From assembly GCA_964461525.1 (NCBI GenBank), contig CAYWUX010000001.1:271465-335464 (forward strand): a stretch of 64,000 nucleotides of DNA. Reading direction: 5' to 3'. The notes under the pieces are model-generated. The model saw nothing but the letters and a program-made list of their open reading frames with translations, did not search any database and had not been told where the DNA came from. A program made the position numbers and the translations under genes. Each line of letters opens with the position of its first letter. The stretch's first letter is position 1. The stretch is from an uncultured Hyphomicrobiaceae bacterium. GTDB lineage: Bacteria > Pseudomonadota > Alphaproteobacteria > Rhizobiales > CAYWUX01. Below are positions 21,084 to 30,999 of this stretch, piece after piece.

Positions 21084-21336
21084 TGGACCAAGTCATTACC
21101 GTTTTGTCATTTTTGTCGAGTGCCAATTTTAGAGGAAATCCGGAAACCGATCCCTGACCTGATTTATCAAAAAATGGTTTTTCCCTTTTGGAACTGAGCG
21201 AACGACTGTTCGCGATGAGGACCCTAAATATGCAGCTCAGTTGGGTCAAGTTCACTTTCCCGAAAATATCCGATCGCTGGTTGGCTGCCATTTTATGAAT
21301 AACCGGCCTCATGGATTTTGGATCAATGCTGACAAC

Positions 21337-21537
21337 TTATTGCTTGGGCTGATAAATGCCTGTAACGGGGTTTTTCTCTAGAACGACTGCATCGTCCGGC
21401 TGATGTTCGCTTCGTCCGGGATCCTGTTCACGGATTTGCCTTAAATAATCAGAAATCCGATCCTGCTCCCGTTTCAACCACCCGGAAACGATCCATACAG
21501 CAATACCGGAGGCTGCAGCTACTAAGATCTGAGGCAT
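21337..21537 (-). CDS. small single-helix membrane protein (66 aa)
   Basis: MPQILVAAASGIAVWIVSGWL followed by a charged tail. It lies 51 nt downstream of sppA on the same strand. No family recognised. Confidence 0.4.
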   Translation of the reverse strand: MPQILVAAASGIAVWIVSGWLKREQDRISDYLRQIREQDPGRSEHQPDDAVVLEKNPVTGIYQPKQ

Positions 21538-21588
21538 CTGTTGATCTCCACGATCAGATTTTCCAGCTCTCCATCCGAAGAGTCAATC

Positions 21589-22455
21589 TCAAAGTCCAAA
21601 TCTTGACCATAATGCTCGAGATTCGATAGAAGCCACGACATCTTCAACAAGTCCCGGCGGCAGGTAACCATGTAACGTCTCACCGGGTTCGCCCCCTCGA
21701 CCGAGGGGTAGTCGGAATCTTCTTCTGAAAAAACCGCGCTCGGATGTGATGAGTTTCAGTTTCACTTTTTCTCCATAGACTTCGCGCATTTTTGAACGCA
21801 GATCGCCAATTCCATCAATGAGACCCAATTCAACCGCCTTCTCTCCGCTCCAGAATTCTCCAGTAAAAAGCATTTCCTCTGACTTCTCAATCCGGTCGCC
21901 CCGCCGGGTCTTTACCAGGTTTATGAAATGTCCATGGATGTCTTCCTGAATTCTGCGAAGTTTGGCTACGTCTTCCGCTTTTTCCGGAAGGAATGGATCC
22001 AGGACGGATTTACTCTGACCGGAAGTGTAAACGCGACGATCGACGCCATACCGCTCTATGAGCTTGTCGAACCCAAAGCCTGCCGAAATGACACCGATTG
22101 AACCTATCACTGAACTTTTATCTGCATATATTTCATCGCCGGCCAATGACAGCAGATAACCTCCCGATGCCGCGACATCTTCGGCAAATACATAGACGGG
22201 GATCTCTTTTTCTTCTGCTAACGCCCGAATTCTCTTGTAAATCAGAAATGACTGCACCGGCGAACCACCCGGAGAGTTTATCTGCAATGCGACTGCCTTG
22301 ACCCGCTTAATGGAAAATGCACGTTCGATTGCGTCGGCCAATTCTGAGAGATTTAATCCCGGCCGCAATGTAGAGCCTATACCGATAGCTCCCGACAATC
22401 GCAGGATCGCTACAACCGGAACCCGCCCTGATCGTCTGAATGGCCAAATTCTCAC
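21589..22455 (-). CDS. sppA: signal peptide peptidase SppA (S49 family, 36K type)
   Basis: 288 aa. Contains INSPGGSPVQS and DVAASGGYLLS. Confidence 0.9.
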   Translation of the reverse strand: MRIWPFRRSGRVPVVAILRLSGAIGIGSTLRPGLNLSELADAIERAFSIKRVKAVALQINSPGGSPVQSFLIYKRIRALAEEKEIPVYVFAEDVAASGGYLLSLAGDEIYADKSSVIGSIGVISAGFGFDKLIERYGVDRRVYTSGQSKSVLDPFLPEKAEDVAKLRRIQEDIHGHFINLVKTRRGDRIEKSEEMLFTGEFWSGEKAVELGLIDGIGDLRSKMREVYGEKVKLKLITSERGFFRRRFRLPLGRGGEPGETLHGYLPPGLVEDVVASIESRALWSRFGL

Positions 22456-22679
22456 AGTAATTCACACCTCGTATCCGTTTATATTTCGTCAACCACAACT
22501 TACCCAAACTCCGTCAGCCAAACAATCTCCGGCAACTGGCATTGTCGTTAATCAAGTAACCATGATCAGCCGCATTAATTTGCATCTCATTTGTCTGGCA
22601 TGGAGTTCAAGTTAAATGTGATCGACATTTCTACGGTTGCAACATAAAGCGCATCCTGCGGAAATCAAGCCGCAATAGG

Positions 22680-23501
22680 TTAACGGACCACCGAATTAAG
22701 GGAAAGCGCTTGACCATCCCTTAAGATTTCCTGAGCTCGCACGGTGTACTCACCGTTGCTTTCATGCAGAACCAGACCCGGCATCAAAGTTAGTGGTGCT
22801 CGGCTGGCCTTAACGCCTTGAACCAGAATTCGCGAAGCTTTCCTCCCCTTCTTTGGGAAAAGCGGAAAAACTGAAAGGCTACCGAATCGACCGTCCAGAC
22901 AATTTAACAGCTGGGTCAATATTTCGGGCACATGGATCATGGTCAATGTACCTTTTGCCCGCAAGGCGCTGGTAAGAAATCGCACCCAAGCATCCAGTTC
23001 ATCAGTGCCTTGAAAATGGGCCCGATCTTTAAACTTATGCGAAGATTTGCGTGCCGATCCGTCTATATAATAAGGTGGATTTGCAACCACATGATCAAAT
23101 CCCTCTCTCGTCAAAGCGGTATTGCGCCCCATTAAACTCGACTGCCTTACGTCACCGACCAGGAACCGGACACGATCCGACAAACCATTGCGCTCGGAAT
23201 TGAATTTCGCCAATTCTACCAGCTGTGGCTCCAGATCGATCCCGATACAGGAAATGCCTTTTAGTCTGCAGGCCAGAGCCAGACTGACCACTCCGCTGCC
23301 CGCACCCGCATCCAATACCAAGGAATATTGATCCAAACGGCCCGGAACCGCCGACGCAAGAAAAATCGCATCTATGGCCGCCCTCGGACCGTTTCTGGGC
23401 TGCAAAATCGAGAGTTTACCGCCAAGAATCCGGTCATCGGTAGTCTCAAAATCAAAATTAAATTTATTGTTTTGCGAATTCACTACGGCTCCACATATCA
23501 T
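22680..23501 (-). CDS. SAM-dependent N6-adenine methyltransferase (TrmN6/YfiC-like)
   Basis: 273 aa. SAM motif LDAGAGSGVV and catalytic VVANPPYY (NPPY). Confidence 0.8.
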   Translation of the reverse strand: MICGAVVNSQNNKFNFDFETTDDRILGGKLSILQPRNGPRAAIDAIFLASAVPGRLDQYSLVLDAGAGSGVVSLALACRLKGISCIGIDLEPQLVELAKFNSERNGLSDRVRFLVGDVRQSSLMGRNTALTREGFDHVVANPPYYIDGSARKSSHKFKDRAHFQGTDELDAWVRFLTSALRAKGTLTMIHVPEILTQLLNCLDGRFGSLSVFPLFPKKGRKASRILVQGVKASRAPLTLMPGLVLHESNGEYTVRAQEILRDGQALSLNSVVR

Positions 23502-23556
23502 ACATTTCTGGCTCTAAGCGGACACCGAACACAACGGGCCATTCAACTTTTCAATA

Positions 23557-23763
23557 TCAATGAATACCCGCATCTTTCAGAATTTTCTGAGCATGGAGAA
23601 ATTCGTTGTCATCGACCATTACCCGCCGGGGCAGAATACCTAAAGACCCTTCAACAACGCTCATGTGGCTGTCGAGGACAATATAATATATGCTACATTC
23701 ATCCAGCAATGCCTGGACAAAACTAACAAGCACCAAATCATTGGATCGAAGTAATTCTTTCAA
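23557..23763 (-). CDS. DUF2007-like small protein
   Basis: 68 aa. MKELLRSNDLVLVSFVQALLDE...FLHAQKILKDAGI resembles the DUF2007 fold family. It sits between the methyltransferase and ispB. Confidence 0.6.
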   Translation of the reverse strand: MKELLRSNDLVLVSFVQALLDECSIYYIVLDSHMSVVEGSLGILPRRVMVDDNEFLHAQKILKDAGIH

Positions 23764-23937
23764 TCACGACACCTATTCTCTAATTAGCCAGTTATGCTAT
23801 TAATAGATAGTGGAATTTACAGCAACATTAACGGCAAGTCGCAGAAGAAAACGCGTTTACTGCGGCTATGTGGCTCTGAAACGAATTTAAAAGCCTGTTA
23901 ATATTGTCGCGATTCTTATTACTGAAGGAGAATAATA

Positions 23938-24954
23938 TTGGGCGTTGTTGTACCGTTTGATGGAACTCATAATCCTGAGGCTACACTTACTCCGTTGATG
24001 AAACTGGTCGAAACGGATATGACGAAAGTCAACCAGATCATCTTGGACAAAGCGAGATCCGATGTTGATATGATCCCCGAGCTGGCCCATCATCTGATAT
24101 CTTCAGGGGGAAAACGGCTTCGCCCCATGCTAACTCTCGCAGCCTCTCAAATGTGTGGTTATACCGGTTCCGGACATGTCATGCTCGCAGCAAGTGTAGA
24201 GTTTATGCACACAGCAACATTGCTTCATGATGATGTCGTTGATGAAAGCGACCTCCGCCGTGGACGGAAAACGGCACGCATGCTGTGGGGTAACGAGGCC
24301 AGCGTGTTAGTGGGGGACTATCTGCTCGGTCAAGCCTTCAAGATGATGGTCGAGGTCGAATCCATTGAAGCTCTGCGGATCCTGTCCAATGCCGCCGCGA
24401 TCATTGCTGAAGGGGAAGTTATGCAGCTTTTGGCTGCACATAATACGGCAACTACCGAAGATGAATATTTAGCCGTCATAAATGCAAAAACCGCTGCACT
24501 GTTTTCTGCGGCAACTGAAATAGGCGCCGTCATATCCCGGCGGTCAAAAGCTGAACAGTCTGCGCTGCTGTCATACGGAAAAAATCTCGGACTGACTTTT
24601 CAACTCGTTGATGACGCTCTTGATTATTGCGGAGAGGAAACCACTCTCGGCAAGACCATCGGGGATGATTTCAGAGATGGCAAAATTACACTGCCTGTCG
24701 TGCTGTCATACCGACGGGGATCGGATGCTGAACGCAAGTTCTGGAAGCGAACTCTGGAACATGGGGAGATTTCCAACAGTGATCTGGACAGGGCACTCAA
24801 GTTGATGTCCAAGCATCAAGCATTGGAAGATACCATAGGCCGAGCTAAACATTATGGATCGATTGCGCGAGATGCGCTGGCAATTTTTCCTGAAGGTCGC
24901 CACAAATCGGCCCTTCTGGATGTCGTATCATTCTGTATAAATCGCCTGTTTTGA
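23938..24954 (+). CDS. ispB: polyprenyl (octaprenyl-type) diphosphate synthase
   Basis: 338 aa. Contains both aspartate-rich motifs, LLHDDVVDESDLRRG and FQLVDDALDY. TTG start preceded by GAAGGAG. Confidence 0.92.
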   Translation: MGVVVPFDGTHNPEATLTPLMKLVETDMTKVNQIILDKARSDVDMIPELAHHLISSGGKRLRPMLTLAASQMCGYTGSGHVMLAASVEFMHTATLLHDDVVDESDLRRGRKTARMLWGNEASVLVGDYLLGQAFKMMVEVESIEALRILSNAAAIIAEGEVMQLLAAHNTATTEDEYLAVINAKTAALFSAATEIGAVISRRSKAEQSALLSYGKNLGLTFQLVDDALDYCGEETTLGKTIGDDFRDGKITLPVVLSYRRGSDAERKFWKRTLEHGEISNSDLDRALKLMSKHQALEDTIGRAKHYGSIARDALAIFPEGRHKSALLDVVSFCINRLF

Positions 24955-25015
24955 ACTACGCAATCTCAGGCCCAACATAACTGGCACGGAAGTGAACTTC
25001 GAGTCCAACACGCCG

Positions 25016-25906
25016 TTAGCTCAGTTTAACCCGCTTAATCCACCAATGCCCATTTATTCCAATGAGCCGGTCAGCTGCTATAATTGCGGACTCTTCGCAT
25101 CTATAGAGTCCGAATACAGTCGGCCCACTGCCACTCATTGCCGTTATCACACAGTTTGTGTCGTCTGCAATAATGGACTTTATGCGTCTGATTTCGGGGA
25201 CATGACGCACGGCTGCATCCTCCAACTGGTTGGGGTGTTCGGACATAAATTCAGCCAACACCTCTAACGAGTGAATACCCTGTTGGGCAGTAACACGGTA
25301 TTTACTAATTTTATACCGGTGTTCCGCCATTTCGGAGTCGAAGGGATTAGCCGATAAGTCCTCAAAAACGTCCCGAGTAGAGAGATGGACCAGGGGATTA
25401 ACTAGAATGGCATTGACTGGCTCAAACACGGGTAAGATAGAGATCTTTTCACCAATCCCTGAAATCGCGGCTGCTTTCTGCAGAAGGCAAACAGGCACGT
25501 CGGCGCCTATCTTCTGGGCAATATCCCGCCAGTCATCTTGGGACAATAGATCGGGATGCGCCTTATTCAGCAGCCTAATGGAGGCAGCGGCATCGGCAGA
25601 CCCGCCACCAAGTCCGGAACCAACAGGTAGGTTTTTTTTTAGCACAAATTGACCAATTGTCGCGCCAGGCAATTTGTTTTTAACGGCAGCTACGACATCG
25701 AGAACGAGATTTTCTTCATTTAGCCCGGCCGCGAACTCACCTTCCACGATCAGTCCGCCCTGAACGTCGGGTCTATAAGACACGGAATCGCCAATGTCCG
25801 CGAAAGCAACCAGACTTGACAGTTCATGGTAACCGTCAAACCTTTGCCCATATACGTCCAGGGTTAAATTAACCTTGGCTTTAGCAATTTCGGACAATTC
25901 ATTCAT
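25016..25906 (-). CDS. ispE: 4-diphosphocytidyl-2-C-methyl-D-erythritol kinase
   Basis: 296 aa. Contains KVNLTL and the GHMP kinase loop PVGSGLGGGSADAAA. Confidence 0.93.
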   Translation of the reverse strand: MNELSEIAKAKVNLTLDVYGQRFDGYHELSSLVAFADIGDSVSYRPDVQGGLIVEGEFAAGLNEENLVLDVVAAVKNKLPGATIGQFVLKKNLPVGSGLGGGSADAAASIRLLNKAHPDLLSQDDWRDIAQKIGADVPVCLLQKAAAISGIGEKISILPVFEPVNAILVNPLVHLSTRDVFEDLSANPFDSEMAEHRYKISKYRVTAQQGIHSLEVLAEFMSEHPNQLEDAAVRHVPEIRRIKSIIADDTNCVITAMSGSGPTVFGLYRCEESAIIAADRLIGINGHWWIKRVKLS

Positions 25907-26017
25907 TATTGAAATGTCATTCCAGAAACTGCAATTGGCTTGTGAATGAGGCGGTATGACGTCGAATCCGGAATACCATTATCGAATAAATGAACTGCCG
26001 TTGTTCAAACAGCCTGC

Positions 26018-27769
26018 TTACTTCTTGGCTTTTTTGTTTTTGATTTCTGCTGCCTTTGTTTCACCTTCCGTTCGAAGACCCGAAGCCAGCTTTTCATTGA
26101 TCGTTTTTGCGACATCGTCTGCGGGCTTCAATGAAAGTGACAGGATCCACTGATATCGCGCCTCCAGTCTCCGGCCAACCTGCCAGAATGCATCACCAAG
26201 ATGATCATTGATTACCGGATCCTCGGGGAGCAATTGAACGGCAGTTTCCAACTGCCTTACTGCGTTTTCATAGTCACCGAGCCGATAATATGCCCAACCC
26301 AGACTGTCTACAAAATAACCATCCTTCGGTCTGATCTTAACAGCCTGTCGTATGAGTGACATTGCCTCATTCAGGTTCTTGTTCTGATCGACCCAAGAGT
26401 AACCGAGATAATTGAGAACTAACGGTTGATCAGCGTCCAGCTTTAGCGCCTGTTGAAAGTCCGCTTCCGCCTTATCCCACATTTTCATGCGGTCATAACA
26501 CACTCCGCGTGAGTAGAACTGAGACCAATTTTCCTTATTGGGATTTGGCATGAGTTTTATGGATTGACTGTAATACTTTTCAGCCTCCTCATATTTCATC
26601 CGCGAACGGAGAATATTGCCTAAAGAATCTAGCGGCAGCATATCTTGGGGATTTTCCTCGGCCAGCGACAACAACAGTGTCCTAGCTTCATCAAGGCGTT
26701 CGGCTGCATTTAATACAAATGATTTCCTAATCTGAACCTGTTTCCAAATAGCGGAACTTTTTGGAATCTGATCGTAAGCAGCAATAGAAAGATCATACTT
26801 GTCTGAATGTTCATAGACTTGCCCCAAAGCGTTATAAACAAGCGGAAAGTCAGGTTTTAAAATCAAAGCCAATTTGAGATAGATAATTCCGTAATCAATT
26901 CCGCCTTCCGCAGTGAGGGCTTCGCCAAGGCCGTAAAACACCTCTGCCAGTCCCTCCGTCGGGTTCTCAATCAGTCTGCTGATCTTCTTTCCTGACACAA
27001 TCTGTTCCAGTAGCGCAACGGATTCCGGGTGATTTCGTGTCAAGGCGATGTGACGCTGCAACACCTTGCGAGCCTGTTTCCTTAAGCCGCGCCGGGCCAG
27101 ATGGCGCGAATAGGCAATTGCAACGCGCAATGATCTGGGGTCCCTCTCATACAATAACGAATAACGCGATTCTGCGTATTTGTTGCGGCCCTTCAGATCC
27201 GAAATCAAAGCCTGGTGATAGGTTCGATAAAATACAGCCCATTCAGGAGAATTTTTTGCGTTAAGTGAATTGCGCGCCTGGTCGTAACGGCCTTTAGCTG
27301 CCAATGTCCAGGCCTTGGCAAGAGAAGTTATAAGCCCGGCAATCTGGCCTTTCCCAACAGCACTGAACTGGGCTTCAGCTTTGCCATATTCACTTTTTTT
27401 AAACGCATCAATTCCCAGAAAAATTCTGGCGATCCGATGATTTGGCTCTTTTAGGACGAGTTCATTTGCATGTAGTCGGGCGGCATCCCACTCCCCGTTT
27501 GAAGTTGCAAGCAAAAAGGCCTGCTCCAGGATGATCTCGTTTCCCGGATCCTTATCCAGTGCCCTCTGATAGTATTCCGCGGCCTTGTCGACATCCCGTT
27601 GAGATTTTGCAAATCTGCCTGACAAATAGTTACCGAGCAGGGAATCATTTCCCTCCTCTAACAAGTCTTTACTCCGAATATCGTTGATGCCACCGAAACC
27701 CAGCACAAAAATTAGTGTCAATGGAACTATTTGGCCGAATTGCCGCATTCGGGAAGATAATCTTTTCAT
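26018..27769 (-). CDS. tetratricopeptide-repeat protein with N-terminal signal or anchor
   Basis: 583 aa. Repeated A/Y/L-rich 34-aa TPR-type units, a hydrophobic N-terminus IVPLTLIFVLGFGG and a lysine-rich tail. Confidence 0.8.
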   Translation of the reverse strand: MKRLSSRMRQFGQIVPLTLIFVLGFGGINDIRSKDLLEEGNDSLLGNYLSGRFAKSQRDVDKAAEYYQRALDKDPGNEIILEQAFLLATSNGEWDAARLHANELVLKEPNHRIARIFLGIDAFKKSEYGKAEAQFSAVGKGQIAGLITSLAKAWTLAAKGRYDQARNSLNAKNSPEWAVFYRTYHQALISDLKGRNKYAESRYSLLYERDPRSLRVAIAYSRHLARRGLRKQARKVLQRHIALTRNHPESVALLEQIVSGKKISRLIENPTEGLAEVFYGLGEALTAEGGIDYGIIYLKLALILKPDFPLVYNALGQVYEHSDKYDLSIAAYDQIPKSSAIWKQVQIRKSFVLNAAERLDEARTLLLSLAEENPQDMLPLDSLGNILRSRMKYEEAEKYYSQSIKLMPNPNKENWSQFYSRGVCYDRMKMWDKAEADFQQALKLDADQPLVLNYLGYSWVDQNKNLNEAMSLIRQAVKIRPKDGYFVDSLGWAYYRLGDYENAVRQLETAVQLLPEDPVINDHLGDAFWQVGRRLEARYQWILSLSLKPADDVAKTINEKLASGLRTEGETKAAEIKNKKAKK

Positions 27770-28085
27770 GAACGTAAGCTCTTTCGTTCAACAGGGAAAT
27801 GACGACCAGTCTAAGTTACAAGATGTACCCAAATTGCCTTATCCTGCAAGGAATTATAGGCAACAATATTGTCCAAAAATAACAAGTTAAGATTTTATTG
27901 TATGAATTCCAAGACTTATAATTTCAGTTGGCGTTCATAAATTCGTCAAAAATGCGTCACCAAACCTCAAATGCTGTTTTGTGAAGGTTTTTCCAATCGA
28001 AAATCTATCAAACCCGACTCAAATCGATGTGTAGAACTGTCACTTGGACAATAATTTTAAACACGTCCGACCGACGGCCGGGAAA

Positions 28086-29762
28086 CTACATATTTGGATA
28101 ATTGGGTCCGCCACCGCCTTCGGGACAAACCCAATCTATATTCTGTGCCGGGTCTTTGATATCACAGGTTTTACAATGCACACAATTCTGCGCATTTATT
28201 TGAAATTTCATTTCCCCATCCGCCCCTTCTATAACTTCATAGACAGCGGCGGGACAATAACGCGTAGCAGGTTCTGCATAGAGTGGAAGGTTCTGTTTTA
28301 TCGGAATTTCCGGATCCCTCAGCCTAAGATGAACAGGCTGATCCTCCTCGTGATTTGTTGACGATAAAAATACCGATGAAAGCTTGTCAAATGTTACTAT
28401 ACCGTCCGGCTTGGGATACCTAATTGGCTCGCATTTCGCTGCGGGGCTTAGCGTAGCGTAATCGGGCTTGCCGTGTTTCAAAGTATATTTAAGGAATGGA
28501 AGTAGACTGTTGAGCCACATATCCATTCCGCCCAGAGCAACGCCCAAGATTGTCCCAAATTTTGACCATAACGGCTTCACGTTACGTACACGCTTCAGAT
28601 CCTTGGCCACATGACTCGCTTGAAACGCTGATGTGTAAGCACGCAGCATGTCGTTCTGCCTTTGCTCAACAATGGCCTCAAAAACTGCTTCAGCAGCCAT
28701 CATTCCACTGGCCATCGCGTTATGTGAACCTTTGATTTTGGGTACGTTGACAAAGCCTGCGGAACAGCCGATCAACGCGCCACCTGGAAAGATAAGTCGC
28801 GGAATTGATTGCCACCCACCCTCGGTTATCGCCCGGGCTCCATAGGCAATTCTTTTGCCGCCGACAAACAAGTTTCGGATCAGCGGATGAGTTTTAAATT
28901 TTTGGAACTCGTCAAACGGGGAAAGATATGGATTTTGATAATTGAGATGAACGACAAAGCCCACTGATACCAGATTTTCACCGAAATGGTATAAAAAAGA
29001 CCCGCCGCCTGTCCGGTTATCCAGCGGCCATCCCATCGTATGCTGTACCAGTCCAGGAGAATGCTTTTCCGGATCAACTTCCCACAACTCCTTAAGGCCA
29101 ATACCATACTTCTGAGGTTCGGTATCCTTATCCAGATCGAACCTTTTCATCAGTTCCTTGGCAAGAGACCCCTTGGCCCCCTCTGCGATCAGAATATATT
29201 TTCCGTGCAGTTCCATGCCTGGCATAAATGAGTCTTTGAGCTCGCCATCCCGACTGATCCCCATATCGCCAGTTGCAACACCCCGAATACTACCATTGTC
29301 ATTGTAAAGAAGTTCGGCAGCCGCAAACCCGGGATAGATCTCAACGCCAAGTTCTTCCGCTTTGGAAGCCAGCCAGCGGCACAAGTTTCCCAGGCTTATA
29401 ATATAGTTCCCGTGATTGCTCATGAGAGGGGGCATAAGAAAATTGGGAATTCGGAGCGAACCTGCAGGTCCAAGAAAATAGAACCTGTCCACCGTAACCG
29501 GTGTATCAACGGGTGCCCCTTCTGCTTTCCAGTCAGGTAGCAGCTGATCCAGAGCTATGGGATCGAATACGGCACCTGACAGGATATGGGCTCCGACTTC
29601 TGAGCCCTTTTCAAGTACAACGACGCTGAGCTCCCGACCGTTCCTGTGAGACAGTTGCTTCAGACGAATGGCGGCTGACAGTCCCGCTGGTCCTGCCCCA
29701 ATGATTACTACGTCAAATTCCATTGACTCTCGTTCAATATTCATCTCGTTTGGTTGGGTCAT
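28086..29762 (-). CDS. electron-transfer flavoprotein:ubiquinone oxidoreductase
   Basis: 558 aa. Contains DVVIIGAGPAGLSAAIRL and a C-terminal 4Fe-4S ferredoxin-like CVHCKTCDIKDP. Confidence 0.95.
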   Translation of the reverse strand: MTQPNEMNIERESMEFDVVIIGAGPAGLSAAIRLKQLSHRNGRELSVVVLEKGSEVGAHILSGAVFDPIALDQLLPDWKAEGAPVDTPVTVDRFYFLGPAGSLRIPNFLMPPLMSNHGNYIISLGNLCRWLASKAEELGVEIYPGFAAAELLYNDNGSIRGVATGDMGISRDGELKDSFMPGMELHGKYILIAEGAKGSLAKELMKRFDLDKDTEPQKYGIGLKELWEVDPEKHSPGLVQHTMGWPLDNRTGGGSFLYHFGENLVSVGFVVHLNYQNPYLSPFDEFQKFKTHPLIRNLFVGGKRIAYGARAITEGGWQSIPRLIFPGGALIGCSAGFVNVPKIKGSHNAMASGMMAAEAVFEAIVEQRQNDMLRAYTSAFQASHVAKDLKRVRNVKPLWSKFGTILGVALGGMDMWLNSLLPFLKYTLKHGKPDYATLSPAAKCEPIRYPKPDGIVTFDKLSSVFLSSTNHEEDQPVHLRLRDPEIPIKQNLPLYAEPATRYCPAAVYEVIEGADGEMKFQINAQNCVHCKTCDIKDPAQNIDWVCPEGGGGPNYPNM

Positions 29763-29908
29763 CCCAAATCCTCTTACTCCAGTAACTTTGGATAGAGCGT
29801 AGTTGCTGTTCCGTCAATGACCTGAGAGCGTTTTCCTCTATCGCGCAATGCCGGCAATCATGTTAGACTTCGCCAACCTCTGAAACGTATTTTTTGGAAA
29901 ATTTGCGT

Positions 29909-30787
29909 ATGAACGGGACTAGTCGAGCGGCAAGCTCTATACTTCAAATATATCTGGAAGCCGGCGTCGATGAAATCATAAGCGATGAGCCTGTCAACTG
30001 GTTTGACGTTGACGAAAAAACCAATTCAGCCGAGTTGGCACAGATGTCACAATTGAGTGGAACATCCAGGCAAACGCCGACTGATTGGTCTGGTACTGAT
30101 CAAAGACGCGAACCCGTCCGCTTGGAAAATAAACCCGCCGCGCCGCATCCGATCCCCGCTAAATCACCTCGACAACCGCCAATGGCTCCCTCCCAAGCTA
30201 ATTTTATCGCGCGAGAGTCTGCTCAGACATGTCAAAGTCTCGATGAGTTGGAGGCGGCAATCCGAAGCTTTGAGGGATGCGCGCTTAAAATGACGGCAAA
30301 ATCAACGTGCATTGCCCGGGGAAACCCACACGCCGAAATCATGCTGATTGGTGAGGCACCAGGCCGCGACGAGGATATTCAAGGCAGACCATTTGTTGGC
30401 CGGGCCGGTCAATTACTTGATAGAATGCTCGCCTCGATCAATCTCAGCGAGGAAAATGCCTACATCACAAATATTGTCTATTGGAGACCACCGGGCAATC
30501 GAACCCCTTCCGCCCACGAAGCTCAGTCCTGCCTGCCATTTACCGAACGTCAAATCGAGCTTGTCGCACCTCGAATTCTGGTTTTTCTGGGTGGCGCGGC
30601 CGCAAAACTGATGCTTGACAGTAGCCAGGGTATCATGAGGTTACGCGGGAAATGGCAAACCTATAATGTTGGTTCTCACCAATGTCAGGCCATTGCGACA
30701 CTGCACCCGGCATATCTGTTGAGGACACCCGCAGCAAAACGCCTTGCCTGGCATGATTTACTGTTGATCAAGGATCAACTCGACTAA
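29909..30787 (+). CDS. uracil-DNA glycosylase, family 4, with N-terminal extension
   Basis: ORF 29894..30787 opens at a TTG, and the first ATG is at 29909. Motif A reads GEAPGRDEDIQGRPFVGRAGQLLD, and HPAYLLR lies near the C-terminus. Confidence 0.88.
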   Translation: MNGTSRAASSILQIYLEAGVDEIISDEPVNWFDVDEKTNSAELAQMSQLSGTSRQTPTDWSGTDQRREPVRLENKPAAPHPIPAKSPRQPPMAPSQANFIARESAQTCQSLDELEAAIRSFEGCALKMTAKSTCIARGNPHAEIMLIGEAPGRDEDIQGRPFVGRAGQLLDRMLASINLSEENAYITNIVYWRPPGNRTPSAHEAQSCLPFTERQIELVAPRILVFLGGAAAKLMLDSSQGIMRLRGKWQTYNVGSHQCQAIATLHPAYLLRTPAAKRLAWHDLLLIKDQLD

Positions 30788-30999
30788 TTAAGGACTTGTT
30801 CGGTCGCATACGGCAAATGCGTTAAATGCAGACCTTCAAGAACAAAACGACGATCTAAACGGGATAACGTTTTTTCTTACTTTACACATTGTAAAAACGG
30901 GGCAGTTTTGCTGGCGTCAGTATTTTTAATATTTATCAAATTCCGGATAAGATTGAATTTGCTCTGATTTTTTTGAATTCCAGTTTTTACAGAACGATC

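Noticed and set aside
21073-21312. 79-aa ORF in the glyQ leader.
   Set aside because: It overlaps the glyQ start codon out of frame, has no SD and has a low-complexity composition. The region is treated as leader RNA instead.
24992-25267. Cys-rich 91-aa ORF (CYNCG...CVVCNN) that looks zinc-ribbon-like.
   Set aside because: It lies entirely antisense to ispE, whose GHMP-kinase motifs are intact. The Cys pairs are explained by the complementary codons.
25632-25640. T9 homopolymer (A9 on the coding strand) inside ispE, considered as a possible phase-variation or frameshift site.
   Set aside because: The reading frame is intact through it (LKKNLPVGSGLGGGS), and ispE is essential. It is most simply a Lys-Lys-Asn codon run.
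28044-28361. 105-aa plus-strand ORF at the 3' end of the ETF-QO gene.
   Set aside because: It mostly overlaps the conserved Fe-S C-terminus of ETF-QO on the opposite strand and has an implausible composition.
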